A DNA stretch of 64,000 nucleotides from contig JAAPAO010000085.1 in NCBI GenBank assembly GCA_013115145.1, positions 22,908 to 86,907 of the forward strand. Reading direction: 5' to 3'. A program made the translations under genes and the position numbers. Shown here one piece after another: positions 51,831-64,000 of this stretch. The stretch comes from Perkinsus chesapeaki ATCC PRA-425 (taxonomy: Eukaryota; Protista; Perkinsozoa). Position 1 is the first letter of the stretch. Each line of letters starts with the position of its first letter. The notes below the pieces were generated by a model that was not told the origin of the DNA, did not search any database, and worked only from the letters and a program-made list of their open reading frames with translations.

Positions 51831-54800
51831 TTAATTGCCTTCGTTTGCCGAGTTGCTTTGCCGAATATTCAAATCATTAATATGTCCAAGGTTGTCATCA
51901 TCTTCTACACTTGAACTGCTACCTGCTTACATCAATATTATAGTTTAAACTATGTTGTATCTTACCAAAACTTAACTCACAACAGTCATTCTCTACATCA
52001 GCACCGCCACCCCTCCCTTTACTTTGTGATATACTACTCCTCGGTGGACGAGCAATAGGAGCAGCAGTATTCGGGAATAATGGTGTAGTTGGGGGACACA
52101 ATCCTGGACTATCTACAATACGATGAGGGGCTGAAGGCAATGAGATGATATGATATGACAATAGATCCTACACTCCATCACTCTGCTGGTATTATTGTCG
52201 CCATGTGGACTGGAATGGTGGATATGGTCATCATAATTAATTTGTTGTGATGGTATATCATCATAATCTTCAGTATCCAGTTTATGTTTTAATGCCTAAT
52301 ATACTACTCATTATATTAATCATCAGTCATCATTGTGTTCTTCTTTATCACTTTGTGTAATTCTAATGTTTCTGCTGTCTTAAGTCTATGTTTTTGACTG
52401 AAAGCCATTACTGCCTCATGAACCGCACGTGATGATTGACCTTCTTGAATTAATAATTTACCAACAACCTGCGAATTAAATACACTGTTAATTAATAATA
52501 TATATAAACGTATTACATAACGCCGTCCACTACCAGTCTCTGAATTTCTCGTAACTTCTACTTCAATCCATTCTCCATCCCATGTTCTCCCTCCACCCCC
52601 TCCACCACCTCCACTGCCTCTGCATCTATTTGCTCTCGAATGACTATTACGTTTAGTAATAGACGGTAATCGAGTGAATGGTGAATCTCTTTTGAGATTA
52701 AGTCTACCACTATTAGGTGTGGAACTTCTTCCCATTTTACAATCAGATGACGTTCGTCTATATAATACCAACTATTATACCAATATACAATACATAGACT
52801 ATATTACGGATTCCTTTTATTATTTCTCTCCGTAGTAGGTGGCGATATTGATGTTGCTGGAGCATCTCCATCAGGTGGAGCTCTCCTCATAGCTCTACCT
52901 CGACCTCTACGTCCCATTGATCCCTTTCCACGCGGTAAACTACGACTATTCCCACGTGGCACAACAGGCGTTGATTCGATACCACTAAATAATTATCAAC
53001 ATACATGACACTATAATACTACTTTAACGTATCACTAGCCTTCTGATTTCTTATAAGTTGTTGCATTGCTGTCCCATCAGGATCCCTATTTTCCACCACT
53101 TCCCTCATAAGCTGTCTTTCCCTATATCCCCTTTGTAATCGACTCACTGCTTCACTGTATCCTCTTGGATTAACAACAACATCCTATCATCATCATCATT
53201 CATCCACTACCACCATGACCAACACTATTACTCTAACTGCCGTCGGTGGTACGTCAACGTGCCCCCTTTTACTGCTTGTAGATGTAGAGCTTGTGCGAGT
53301 ACGCGGTTTGAATGTGCAGGAGGCAAGCTGAAATAACACGGCGCGCTGATTTCGTGCAGGAAAAAATGACAGAAAAACGACAGCGGCAGGATTCGAACCT
53401 GCGCAGGCAGAGCCTAGTGGATTTCGAGTCCACCTCCTTAACCACTCGGACACGCTGTCGGCGAAAAAGATGATGTATTTCTGTACCCGACTTGGCCATG
53501 CTCACCTCTTTCACATCCTGATCTTCCTTATGTTTCTTTAACCTGTTAAGTCTATCTTGCCTCGATTGCATTCCTTCAATAATTACAATCATACAGCCAT
53601 CAGGACTGTTAGTGTATTACCTCTTTGATATAACATAAGATGACGTGATGGTCTACTACTCCTAGATAAATGAGGAGTTGATAATGTCATCCAATCCGAT
53701 CCACCAAATGACACAGGTGATATTTCCTCAGCTATTGAATTCCTATTAACATCCATATCTCCATCATGTGTTTCACTTCTTCTCCTATTAGGTGTTACCC
53801 TACATATTCCATCATACAATAAAAACAACAACAACAACACCTTACCGCATTCGTGGACTAGCAGATACAGTTCTAACCTCACCATCATCATAATAGTGAG
53901 GCTTATGAACATTAGAAGCTCCACTTGGAGCAAATCTTCTTGGGGCCCTTTGATCAAACGGTGGAGCCTATAAAACCAAGCATTAATTGTTATATACCAA
54001 TGGATATACAACAACAATACCAATGGAGGCTGTAATGTTATGTTATTAGATGATGTCCGTTCACAAGGAGTGGGCCCATCCTCATCATTCAACTTTTCAT
54101 ATTGCATACCACCACCACTACCACCACCATGACCACCTACACCACTACTACTGCTATCATCATCACCATCTCCACTCATCCCTAGTAAACCAGATAGTCT
54201 CTTCTTTCTCATACCAACTTTTCGTCTAGTTGGTGAAGTATAACCTATAACATTTATAGTACCCGATACTAATAATAAACCTTCTATTACCCTTTCCGGG
54301 AGTGGATGAATCATCCCCGAGTAGCGCTGAAGATGTAAGAGCAATTGTCGAAGGTGATGATGTTGATGAAGCTGATGAGCGCGTTATTCTACGAGCTCTT
54401 GAACGAGTCACGATAGAAGGGCTAGAAATATGATCTACGAAGACATGTTAATATCAAGTGCATTTCATCGATATCACTCTTAGTCTTCTGGTATTGTTGA
54501 GTTATATCTACATCTGAGTTACCAGAGTATCCTAACTCAATACTTTTAATTCGTTCCATGGTACTCGGAGTCCCCATTAACAATGATAATGCTTCAACTA
54601 AACGCTCCTTCCCATTCGTTCGATTATCATCCAATACTCTATAACGGGAATACGCTAATAGTTTACATATATCACATATACGAACCTATTAGCCTATTAC
54701 TAGCATATTATTACCAATACTACCTCCTCATCCCCTGTTGGTTCATCAAATGCCATTAACCTTGGTCTTGGTGATGAATTCCTTCTCCTATTCCTATCAG

Positions 54801-55189
54801 GTACTATCTCTATTGTTGTATCATGTATTAATACTCTAGACCTTTATTAATATAATAACAACGGTGTTAATATATTAATATTACATCTCTTTAACTAACA
54901 TCCTTTCAATCTCATAATCTTTACTACCTTCATTAGCCCCTTTCATTATACCAATCTAATAGTGCTATTTATTATTAATATATAATATTATTACTGTAAT
55001 AAGTAATGTATGTAAATGACGTATTAATATAGTAGCTGGACATGATGATGGTATTAATAATTCAGCACAAGCTCGAAGTGTTGTACGTTCTAATATACCT
55101 ATATAAGAGCATATATTAATATATCAATAACCTTCATTACGTCCAAACTCCTTCGATTCTACAGACAATTCTAAACAATCACCTTCCAT
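51831..55189 (-). CDS. Multi-exon hypothetical protein with an LY..R...E...CTFKP motif; hosts a tRNA in an intron
   Basis: Exons join in phase: HLMLYQR/GMQSRQDRLNRLKKHKEDQDVKEVSMAK/LASCTFKPR; terminal exon ..SNSANEGN stop. Confidence 0.6.
53378..53459 (-). tRNA. trnS-CGA: tRNA-Ser(CGA)
   Basis: GACAGCG/CGCTGTC acceptor stem, D-loop GAGTGGTTAAG, GTGGA-CTCGAAA-TCCAC anticodon arm, long variable arm, GGTTCGAATCC T-loop, followed by a TTTTT terminator. Confidence 0.97.
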
Positions 55190-55361
55190 CACCACCAAAC
55201 CCTATCAACAGAACAAGACCCGTGATTAGTAAATCTTGCACTCTTATGTCTTTTTGCATTTCCCTAACGAACTAACGGTTTTGATGGTATCAACCTTGCC
55301 TGATAGATAACCTTCCCCTTTTAGGTTTTACCTCTTCTTCCTATTCCTTCTTCTTCTTCTG
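55190..55361. promoter_or_regulatory. Compact divergent intergenic region (CTFKP gene / TCP1)
   Basis: 172 bp between opposing ATGs; contains GTAAATCTTGCA (55229-55240) and a pyrimidine tract with an AG acceptor. Confidence 0.5.
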
Positions 55362-57543
55362 ATGTCATCTCCTTTAAGTGTTGATGGTGCTCGTGTACAT
55401 GGTCAAGAGGTTCGTAATGCTAATGTAACAGCAGTAGTAAGTATAAGATGACTATTATTTAAGCTATAAGATGGTGGCTATTAGGTTGCTGTGGCTAATA
55501 TATTAAAATCATCGCTTGGACCACAAGGTTTAGATAAGATGCTTGTTGATGATATTGGTGATGTAACAGTAACAAATGATGGTGCTACTATTATGAAAAA
55601 ACTAGAAGTACAACATCCAGCAGCCAAGGTATTAATACTTGTATTTTATATATAAATATTAGTAGTAGAATATTATAAGGTACTTCAACAATTATCTAAT
55701 TTACAAGATCAGGAAGTTGGTGATGGTACCACCTCTGTGGTATTAGTTGCTGCTGAACTTTTAAAGAAGGCTAATGAGCTTATTAAAGGTGGTATTCATG
55801 CTACTAGTATAATACAGGTAATATATAATAATAATAATGATTACTATTATATTTATAATAGGGTTATCGAGCTGCTATGAAAGAATGTGTTAAATATGTA
55901 CCACATGCATTAGGAGTTAAAACTAAAACATTAGATGAGGAAGTATTGGTTAATATTGCTAAGACTAGTTTAAGCTCTAAATTCATTGGCACTGACACTC
56001 AGTTTGCTAAACTAGTTGTTGATGCAATTAAATCAGTTAGAGTTACTGGTTTTGATGGAAAAGATAAATATCCAGTTGGACAAGTTAACGTATTAAAGTC
56101 TCATGGAAAGGGTTTAACTGAATCTAGACTTATTAAGAATGGTTATGCAATAGCACTTGGTAGAGCCGCGCAGGGGATGCCAACAAGGGTAGATAATGCA
56201 CGCATTGCATTATTAGACTTTGATTTACGTAAAGCAAGGATGGGGCTAGGTGTTAAAATACAGGTAATAAATATAATAATAATATTAACTTTATAATATT
56301 ATTAGATTACTGATCCTGCTGAATTAGAAAAGGTACGTCAAAAAGAAATGGATATAACCAAGGAACGTATAGAAAAGATATTATCTAAAGGAGTTAATGT
56401 TATATTAACTAGTGGTGGTTTGGATGATTTCTCTATGAAATATCTTATTGATCGTAAAGTAATGGGTGTTAGAAGAGTACCTAAAAAGGATATGAAAAGG
56501 ATAGCTAAAGTAGTTAATATATACATTATAATAGTACATATTAATACATTTAGGCAACTGGTGCTAAACTATTATTAACACTAACTGCTACTGATCAATG
56601 GGATGAGGAGGGTATTGATGATTCTGCTATTGGCAAGGCTGATCTTGTAATATAATTATTATATATTATTATATATTAATAATAATTAGGTACATGAAGA
56701 AAGAGTTGGTGATAATGATTTTGTTTTCATTACTAATAATGATAATAATGAGTATCAAGGGAAGAGTTCAAGCATACTCCTTCGTGGTGCTTCAGACTTT
56801 GTATTAGATGAAGTATTAATAATATTAAAACCTGCTATTCATGTATCAATTATCAGGCGGAGCGTAGCGTACATGATGCTCTATGTGCTACATCTAGAGC
56901 CCTTGAATCTGGCAATGTAATCCAATATTTAAAATTCCAATTTATAATATTAGTAATGATTAGGTTGTTGGTGGTGGTGGATGTGTCGAAGCATCATTAT
57001 CACTTCATCTAGAAGAGTTTGCTACATCTCATCGTGGTAGAGAACAAATGGCTATTCTAGCCTTTGCTGAGGTAATGTATTATTATTATACTTATAATAC
57101 CGTAGTATTGTTATATAACAGGCACTAATGGTTATTCCAAAGACTTTAGCACTTAACGCAGCTCTTCCTGATGTACCTGCTTTAGTAGCTGAACTAAGGG
57201 TTGCTCATACACGTAGGTTATGTAGACATTATTTATTATTAATGTTATTATGTTAGGCGGTAATGCTACAGCTGGGTTAGATCTGACTAAGGGTGAGGTT
57301 ACTGATGCTGTATCACATGGGGTAATATAAAAAACAATATTAATTATGTTATATTATTATTAGATCCTTGAGCCAATGGTATCAAAACTAAAGTCTATTA
57401 AATTCGCCACAGAAGCAGCGATTACTATTCTAAGAATAGATGATCTTGTGAAGGTTGTAAGTTGTTGTTGTTATGTTTACTATAGTATTATTTAATATTA
57501 TTAGGCGCCAGAGGCACCTCCACAAGATCCTAGAATGGGTTAG
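55362..57543 (+). CDS. TCP1: T-complex protein 1 subunit alpha (CCT1), multi-exon
   Basis: [51 protein letters not shown] and [15 protein letters not shown] motifs. Confidence 0.97.
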
Positions 57544-57791
57544 GCTAGGTTGACAAGGATATTATTCAATCCCTTAATAGGGTAGTATTAAATACCATAA
57601 CCATCGTCATCCTCTGCTACTGATCCTGGTACTGATGATGATGTTATTAATGACGATTATTGTGCAGTTCTCAAGCCTACTACTCCTAGTAGTAGGGTTG
57701 AGTTCTATTCTCCGTTAATTGTTGTTATTATTGTCTTGCGTAGTCTATTATTATAATAAGGGTATATTAATAGTATTAATATATTATCATA

Positions 57792-58507
57792 ATGGCTATG
57801 CGCAGATTTGGTGCTAGTACTCAGGGTAAAAAACAAAAGGATTTAACTGAGGAACAGAAACAGGTATAATATTTGATATATATTATTAATAGTATACATT
57901 ATAGGAAATTAAAGAAGCATTCGATCTCTTTGATACTGATGGTTCTGGTTCAATTGATGCTAAGGAGCTTAAAGTAACTTAAGTGAGATCTTTACTATAT
58001 TAAGATACTCTAAAATAGGTTGCCATGCGAGCTCTTGGATTTGAACCAAAAAAAGAGGAAATTCAGAAAATGATAGCTGATGTTGATACTGATGGTAATT
58101 ATCAAGTTATTATTAATTAGTTATAATGTATTAGGTTCCGGTCAAATTGAATATGATGAATTCCTTAAAATGATGACAACTAAAATCCTTAATAGAGACC
58201 CTAAGGATGAGATACTTAAAGCATTCAGGTAGTATCTAATATCATTAATTATTAATAGTTATTATATAGATTATTCGATGATGATGAGACTGGTAAGATT
58301 ACCTTTAAAAATCTTAAACGAGTTGCTAAGGAACTTGGAGAAAAGATGACGGATGAGGAGCTTCAGGTGGTGTTAATAATATTAAGATATACTTTTATAT
58401 AATAAGGTTTTTGATAGGAAATGATTGATGAAGCTGATCGTGACGGTGATGGTGAAGTTAGTGAAGAGGAATTCCTTCGTATTATGAAAAAGACTAATTT
58501 GTTTTAA
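57792..58507 (+). CDS. CETN: Centrin (caltractin), 6 exons
   Basis: [45 protein letters not shown]...[13 protein letters not shown]; four EF-hand loops. Confidence 0.97.
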
Positions 58508-59182
58508 TATCCATTGATGCTGTCGGAAGGAGATGATAATATTGTTTAATCTCAGTAGTGATTTCACTATTGTTGATGCTCTGACTCTTTATCATCTGAT
58601 GGTAATCTGATTATAGCAATTAATAGTGGTCTCTATAACATAATATCCGAGTTAATGAGTGATAACGTATAGCCATATCAGCTATTGAATACTTAAATAG
58701 TATTATTAATAGCATTACAGTATCATCGCCTTCGCGAGTCGATCCTTGTAACACAACAATTAATACACTCAGGGCTTATCATCTGGCTTTTCTGCAGTTG
58801 GTACCGATAGCGGACCACCGCCACACAATGTGCGGCACATACCGTGCAGTGGCCACTAGACATCTAAATGTATATACATATTCAGTTAATAGTCGACCGC
58901 AGAACTAACGAGAAGAAAAATCAGCAGTGATACCTCAACTTGAGGGAAGATTACACGATGTATAAGGATAAGTAAATAGAGCTAGTCAACTTACAGTTAA
59001 AGCTCCACTCACTCCCTAGCTAGACTTACTTGCATTAGATTTGCTTGACTATAACACAATGGGACAGGGCAAAGGACCTACTCTGGCTTGAAGTGTACCT
59101 CCAAGCATACGTACTTTACAAATCAGTAATGTGATTAGTTATAATACAAACTCAACAGGATTACGTAATAACACGTATTGAA

Positions 59183-60812
59183 TTATATAATATGGTATAG
59201 CTCATCCGAGTCATATGATGATATTAACAAACCACCACCTGCTGCTTCTGAAGGAGTTGATGGATCCTTATCAAAGCATACACCAGTCAAAAGGTGTTCA
59301 GCAACATGTCTTGAACCAATGAGATTCATGTCCTAATAACATTATAATATATAGTATTATACCTACCCATACTATATTATTATTGTCCACATCAATCTTC
59401 CACATATTAATAATAGTATCTTCTGATACCGTAGCCAATAAATGCTAAGTATTGTTATAATATTGTCTTTATATCTATTAACCTTGTTACCTTGTTTCTA
59501 TCAACAATCATACCTGTTATACATCTAGCATGATCTGTTATCTCGAACTAATTATAATAAATATATTGATTGTATTAATTGTATTATATTACTTTTAATA
59601 ACCAATCATCAGCAGCATCAAACACTCTTAGTACACCATTACCAAAGGCTGCTACAATACAGTTAGGTGAAGGACAATCACAACTGTTATCGAATAATAA
59701 ATATAGTTGATAATTGTGTTATTACTACCTTATAACAGGTGAATGCTCTGAATCCAAGGGACTGGGTGGTATAGTAATTATCTATTATATGCATCAATTA
59801 ATTCATGATAATATTAACATTTATACTTCTCTATAAGTGTTGTTATTATCATTTCCTAGTTTCCATACTCTCAATGATCCATCTGTATATCCAATAACAC
59901 ACATTGTATCACATTGTGGAGATATAATATCAATTGATGACATTGCAGATACCCCTATACCATTACATATTGTATTATGTTCTATAGGTGTTGAGAATCT
60001 ATCATCTTTATATGGTATAACCTAATATATGATATTGTTAATACTAATATATAATACTTAATACTACTTTAAATGAACCATCACTACATCCAATAATAAC
60101 ATGTCCAACATGATCCATATATGATATCATAGAGGTAGTATAATATACCTATATAATATACCATATTACTATACCTTACTATTCTATTAATATAAATATT
60201 AATACAATCTCCTGCTCGTCCTGTTGTTGTTGTTTTCCTGTTGGTATATAGCATAATGTTCGAGTAAGATCATGAGTATATATATAAGCACCTAATAGAG
60301 GGAATAATAGATAGTAGATATAATAATAACAACCAGTAGTTGATGTGACAACTAATACAGGATATCCAGCTGTGATATTATGATACCTGCTACTGCTGAT
60401 GCTGATGCTGTCGTTATTATTATTAATAATCTATTATATCTACTTTATACTAGTAATCCTTCCTTTTATTGACATCTCCTTAATAACTTGTATTGTATTA
60501 TCCATTGATGATGATGATGATGATGTTATCCTTTCTATTATACACTAATAAATGTTATAACTACATCACTACTTAGTGTACTTATATAGTTGTTACTTAC
60601 TATATCATGACCATCATTACATACCATTCCTATTATATATCTATCATCATCATCGTCAACAACAACAACTCTTGTAGCTGTTAGATTATTAAATAACATT
60701 GCCGGACTGCTGTATATTATCATATATGATACGGAGTAGGATTATGAGGTATACTATTACTATATAGAAGGAGGAAGTGGTACACCACCTCCTCCTCCTC
60801 CTCCCTTTTCAT
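59183..60812 (-). CDS. WD40-repeat protein, WDR54-like
   Basis: SPAMLFNNLT start; IGYTDGSLRVWK; IVAAFGNGVLRVFD..ITDHARCITG..LATVSEDTIINMWK..LLTGVCF..SYDSDEL. This resembles WDR54 as I recall it; no search was run. Confidence 0.65.
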
Positions 60813-61019
60813 TTGATCTTATCTTTATTGCAGTTGGTGTAGTGAAATATTCTCTTGCATTAATATTAGTCATAATGATTATGATATCGACTGTGGTAAG
60901 TAGTATCTTACTAGTAACAATAACAATACTATTCAGATATCGGAAGAAATGGTAATAATAATAATTGTATAAATATAATATTAGGGCAGTAATATGATAA
61001 CAGTAAATAATGGTATTTA

Positions 61020-62906
61020 TTAACGACTACTACCAACATCAGCTTTACAACAGCTTTTAACAACATGTGCATCATCATGTGCTTGTTGTTGTTCATGTCG
61101 GTCATCGTCTTCATCATCACTACTAACTCCTCCTGTTATAATATCAGATTCACTTGTAATAGATTCATTACTACTAAAGGCTGATGATTCCATATCACCA
61201 CCAATCCCTTCGTGTTCTTGTTGTACATCACCACCTTCTTCATCAGCCTCATCATCGGATGTAGAGCCCCCCGATGAGTAACAAGATTGATAACAATTAC
61301 TCTCATTAGCTGACATATATCTTTCATCATCATCATCAGATGATATTATACCAGACAACCTTCGACTATTACCACTTACTCGACTGGAAGTCGATGAACA
61401 AGATCTTATTCTTATACCATCTACCCCATTAGTTGATAAAGTCATGTTATTATTAACACCATCATCTGTTATAGTAGGTATACTACCATTATTAACACCA
61501 TCATCTGTTATAGTAGGTATACTACCATTATTATCACCATCATCTGTTATAGTAGGTACGCTACCATTATTAACACCATCATCTGTTATAGTAGGTATGC
61601 TACCATTATTATCACCATCATCTGTTATAGTAGGTACGCTACCATTATTATCACCATCATCTGTTATAGTAGGTACGCTACCATTATTATCACCATCATC
61701 TGTTATTTCTATTATTTCAGGAGTATGTGTATAATTTATCTCCTGTGGTGGTTGAGTATCAAATGATACTCTCCTCACTTGCTGTTGCTGTTGCTGTTGC
61801 TGTGTTGTTGTTGTCGTATAACTCATCATCATCCTCGTCATCATACTACTAGTTGTTGTTGATGTTGTTGTTAATATAGTCTCCTCCCTAAATTGCTGTT
61901 CTATTCCTCCTTCCTTTTCATAATAATCATAATAACCTATAAGATCATCATCACCATTAAATGTATTAGTAGTAGTTATCCCTCCCCCTTCCCCTCCTTG
62001 TTGTTGCTCTTGCTGTGGTACCATCTCTATTAATGATACTGGTGATCCATCTCTAGAAGAACTAACCAATGATGAGCTCCATGATGATGACGATGATGAG
62101 AATGCATCATCATCTATTGTTGTTCCAAAATTAGTATCTTCATCATCATATATATTATATTTAACATATCCATGTCCATGGTCACCTCCTCCTCCTCCTC
62201 GTCCACCACCACCACCATCTAATGGTTCAAAGCCTTCTTGCCTACGTTTATGATGCCGCCCCATACTTCTTTTAACCCTACTACTACTACGATCTATTCT
62301 ATTAGTTGCTGATTTAATAACTGGCTTAGCCTTCCCTATAACAGTAGCAGCCATACCACTACCAACCTTCGCTGCTGCTTTTGACTTTCCTTTGATCTTA
62401 TCCCATAATTTATTATTATTCCCACCACCACTACCAGTATTACCGCCACTAAGTGGCCCAAGCTCTAAATCCCGTGTAGAAGTACCACCAGCAGTATGTC
62501 CATCACCATCAGCTTCAGCTCCTCTGTTATATATCCCGACATTCCTATTAAATAATTTAAATAACATCTCTCTTTGACGTACAGGTGGTGCAGTAATACA
62601 AAAGAATATAATACATATTATAGGTACTACTGTTATAATTAACCATGCACCAATAAGCTCTGTTCTATGATAGTCATGTCTATGTTTAGGTGTCATTGTT
62701 GGTGTAATTACTACTACACCAACCTCATCATCATCAACATCATCGTCTAGTTTTCTATCATTCAATACATCATTATCCATATTAATAATATCATCATTTA
62801 TTGATAATGCCATCACCTTTGATACACTATAATTTACAGTTATTAAAAGTAGTAATAGACTAAACCATTTATGGTATGGGTAAGGATGATGATGAGAAGT
62901 ATACAT
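61020..62906 (-). CDS. Single-exon predicted membrane protein with low-complexity acidic tail and 13-aa tandem repeats
   Basis: 628-aa ORF; hydrophobic leader [18 protein letters not shown]-like LIGAWLIITVVPIICIIFFCIT, and poly-G/S/T/D tracts. Confidence 0.7.
   Translation of the reverse strand: MYTSHHHPYPYHKWFSLLLLLITVNYSVSKVMALSINDDIINMDNDVLNDRKLDDDVDDDEVGVVVITPTMTPKHRHDYHRTELIGAWLIITVVPIICIIFFCITAPPVRQREMLFKLFNRNVGIYNRGAEADGDGHTAGGTSTRDLELGPLSGGNTGSGGGNNNKLWDKIKGKSKAAAKVGSGMAATVIGKAKPVIKSATNRIDRSSSRVKRSMGRHHKRRQEGFEPLDGGGGGRGGGGGDHGHGYVKYNIYDDEDTNFGTTIDDDAFSSSSSSWSSSLVSSSRDGSPVSLIEMVPQQEQQQGGEGGGITTTNTFNGDDDLIGYYDYYEKEGGIEQQFREETILTTTSTTTSSMMTRMMMSYTTTTTQQQQQQQQVRRVSFDTQPPQEINYTHTPEIIEITDDGDNNGSVPTITDDGDNNGSVPTITDDGDNNGSIPTITDDGVNNGSVPTITDDGDNNGSIPTITDDGVNNGSIPTITDDGVNNNMTLSTNGVDGIRIRSCSSTSSRVSGNSRRLSGIISSDDDDERYMSANESNCYQSCYSSGGSTSDDEADEEGGDVQQEHEGIGGDMESSAFSSNESITSESDIITGGVSSDDEDDDRHEQQQAHDDAHVVKSCCKADVGSSR
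61448..61706 (-). repeat. 39-bp tandem repeat, about 6.6 units, encoding TITDDG(D/V)NNGS(V/I)P
   Basis: Near-identical accatcatctgttatagtaggta(t/c)(a/g)ctaccattatta(a/t)c units. Confidence 0.95.
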
Positions 62907-62983
62907 TATTAATAAGGATACTCACTAATAATGATTTAATATACTATTAACTAAACATTAATCTTTATTAGTAACAATGATAT

Positions 62984-63895
62984 TTACCATTTTCTCCATT
63001 CTTGACCATCAGGAGCATCGGGCCTATATTAATAATATTATATAGCTATCATTAATATTATTTTATTACCTATCTTTACCTTCATAATCAGCTTTACCAA
63101 CTTCATCCCAATTAGTTGATAGTACAGTACCTCCAGATGTTTGAAAACTTTTAATCATAGCCCTTCTTGTATCATCATCAGCATCTTTATATATTTTCCG
63201 AAATAATTCATTTAATGCAGCCTATCATCATGAACATCAATAACCATTATTATAACCTACATCACCGATCCCTTACATCACCATTCTCTTTCTCCCCTTT
63301 TAATTCATCATCACATATCTTATCTATTTTAGACCAATCTTTCCGTACCTACCCTCATACCGTATACCATCCCTATTTAATATTACTATATTACCTTAGA
63401 TGACGATGGATAACTACTACTAGCTGCTGCTGCTGTCTCTGCCTGTGGTGGTTTATTAATTATTGTATTATCCTTTTCTAATGATGGCCTATATTACTAT
63501 ATTATATTAACCTTATATTAACATTACCATTGTGTTAGTTTATCCTTTTTAGGTAAATATAGTTCCACCTTATATGGTGTTATATCATATTTAGCATTAT
63601 TATATTCTATCGGCCCCCATAGCTTTATATCAATATTATATGTATCAACCCTAATTGATAACCTTCATATAACCTCATAGATTCATACCGTACTTTCCTT
63701 TATTAATATGATTAATAACCCCCTTTACGGACCTAGATACATTATTAATATACCCTATATATCTACTTACCCTTCTGTAAACTGCATATTCTCTATACCA
63801 TTATTAGGATCAATACCCTTTAATTTAATTGTTATAGTAACAGTATCATCAGTTTGATACCATTCTAATTTCGATGAAGGAATCGACGATAACAT
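62984..63895 (-). CDS. SUGT1: SGT1 co-chaperone with CS and SGS domains
   Basis: [19 protein letters not shown]...[10 protein letters not shown] (CS) and [33 protein letters not shown]...[10 protein letters not shown] (SGS). A 5' extension towards 63994 is possible. Confidence 0.9.
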
Positions 63896-64000
63896 TATAA
63901 AAAGAAGTAACAGCCTACCAACAACATGTGTTCCATCTCGGAGATGGAAGTGGGAAAGTTGCGAAACGTGCTTTACTTCGCTCCGTCGTGACATCAGTTA

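Noticed and set aside
57367-57379. Reverse complement resembles the 3' end of the spliced leader
   Set aside because: It lies in the conserved TCP1 exon ILEPMVSK; coincidental.
58680-59160. Possible small spliced gene or ncRNA between centrin and the WD40 gene
   Set aside because: GT/AG sites and a GC-richer patch are present, but I could not build a consistent ORF or a recognisable RNA structure.
59428-59437. ACCGTAGCCA matches the 5' end of the spliced leader
   Set aside because: Only 10 nt, antisense to the WD40 exon HLLATVSED.
61444-61734. Plus-strand hydrophobic repeat ORF (LLSPSSVIVGTLP)n
   Set aside because: Antisense reading of the 39-bp repeat, which lies inside a 628-codon minus-strand ORF.

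Overview
Eukaryotic, intron-dense protist genomic DNA. Short GT-AG introns, alveolate-type housekeeping genes and the expanded intronless families suggest a Perkinsus-like myzozoan (inference). From left to right: a small minus-strand gene head-to-head with RPLP2; a ~17 kb HUWE1/Tom1-type HECT E3 ligase; a ~13 kb island (19.1-31.9 kb) with seven intronless paralogues (three intact, four damaged) that share a nearly invariant ~155-nt/52-codon 5' cassette fused to highly divergent beta-rich bodies, interrupted by a Cys-motif/Q-P-rich gene; a long ankyrin-repeat gene; ATP synthase beta head-to-head with a tandem-AP2-domain protein carrying a mitochondrial-type presequence; a CaMKK-like kinase; two decayed pepsin-like protease genes with a strong double hairpin and a relic kinase exon between them; several hypothetical genes, one hosting tRNA-Ser(CGA) in an intron; then TCP1, centrin, a WDR54-like WD40 gene, a repeat-bearing membrane protein and SGT1. 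The best candidate for an undescribed system is the constant-cassette/variable-body array. Exon structures were read by eye and no database searches were run.
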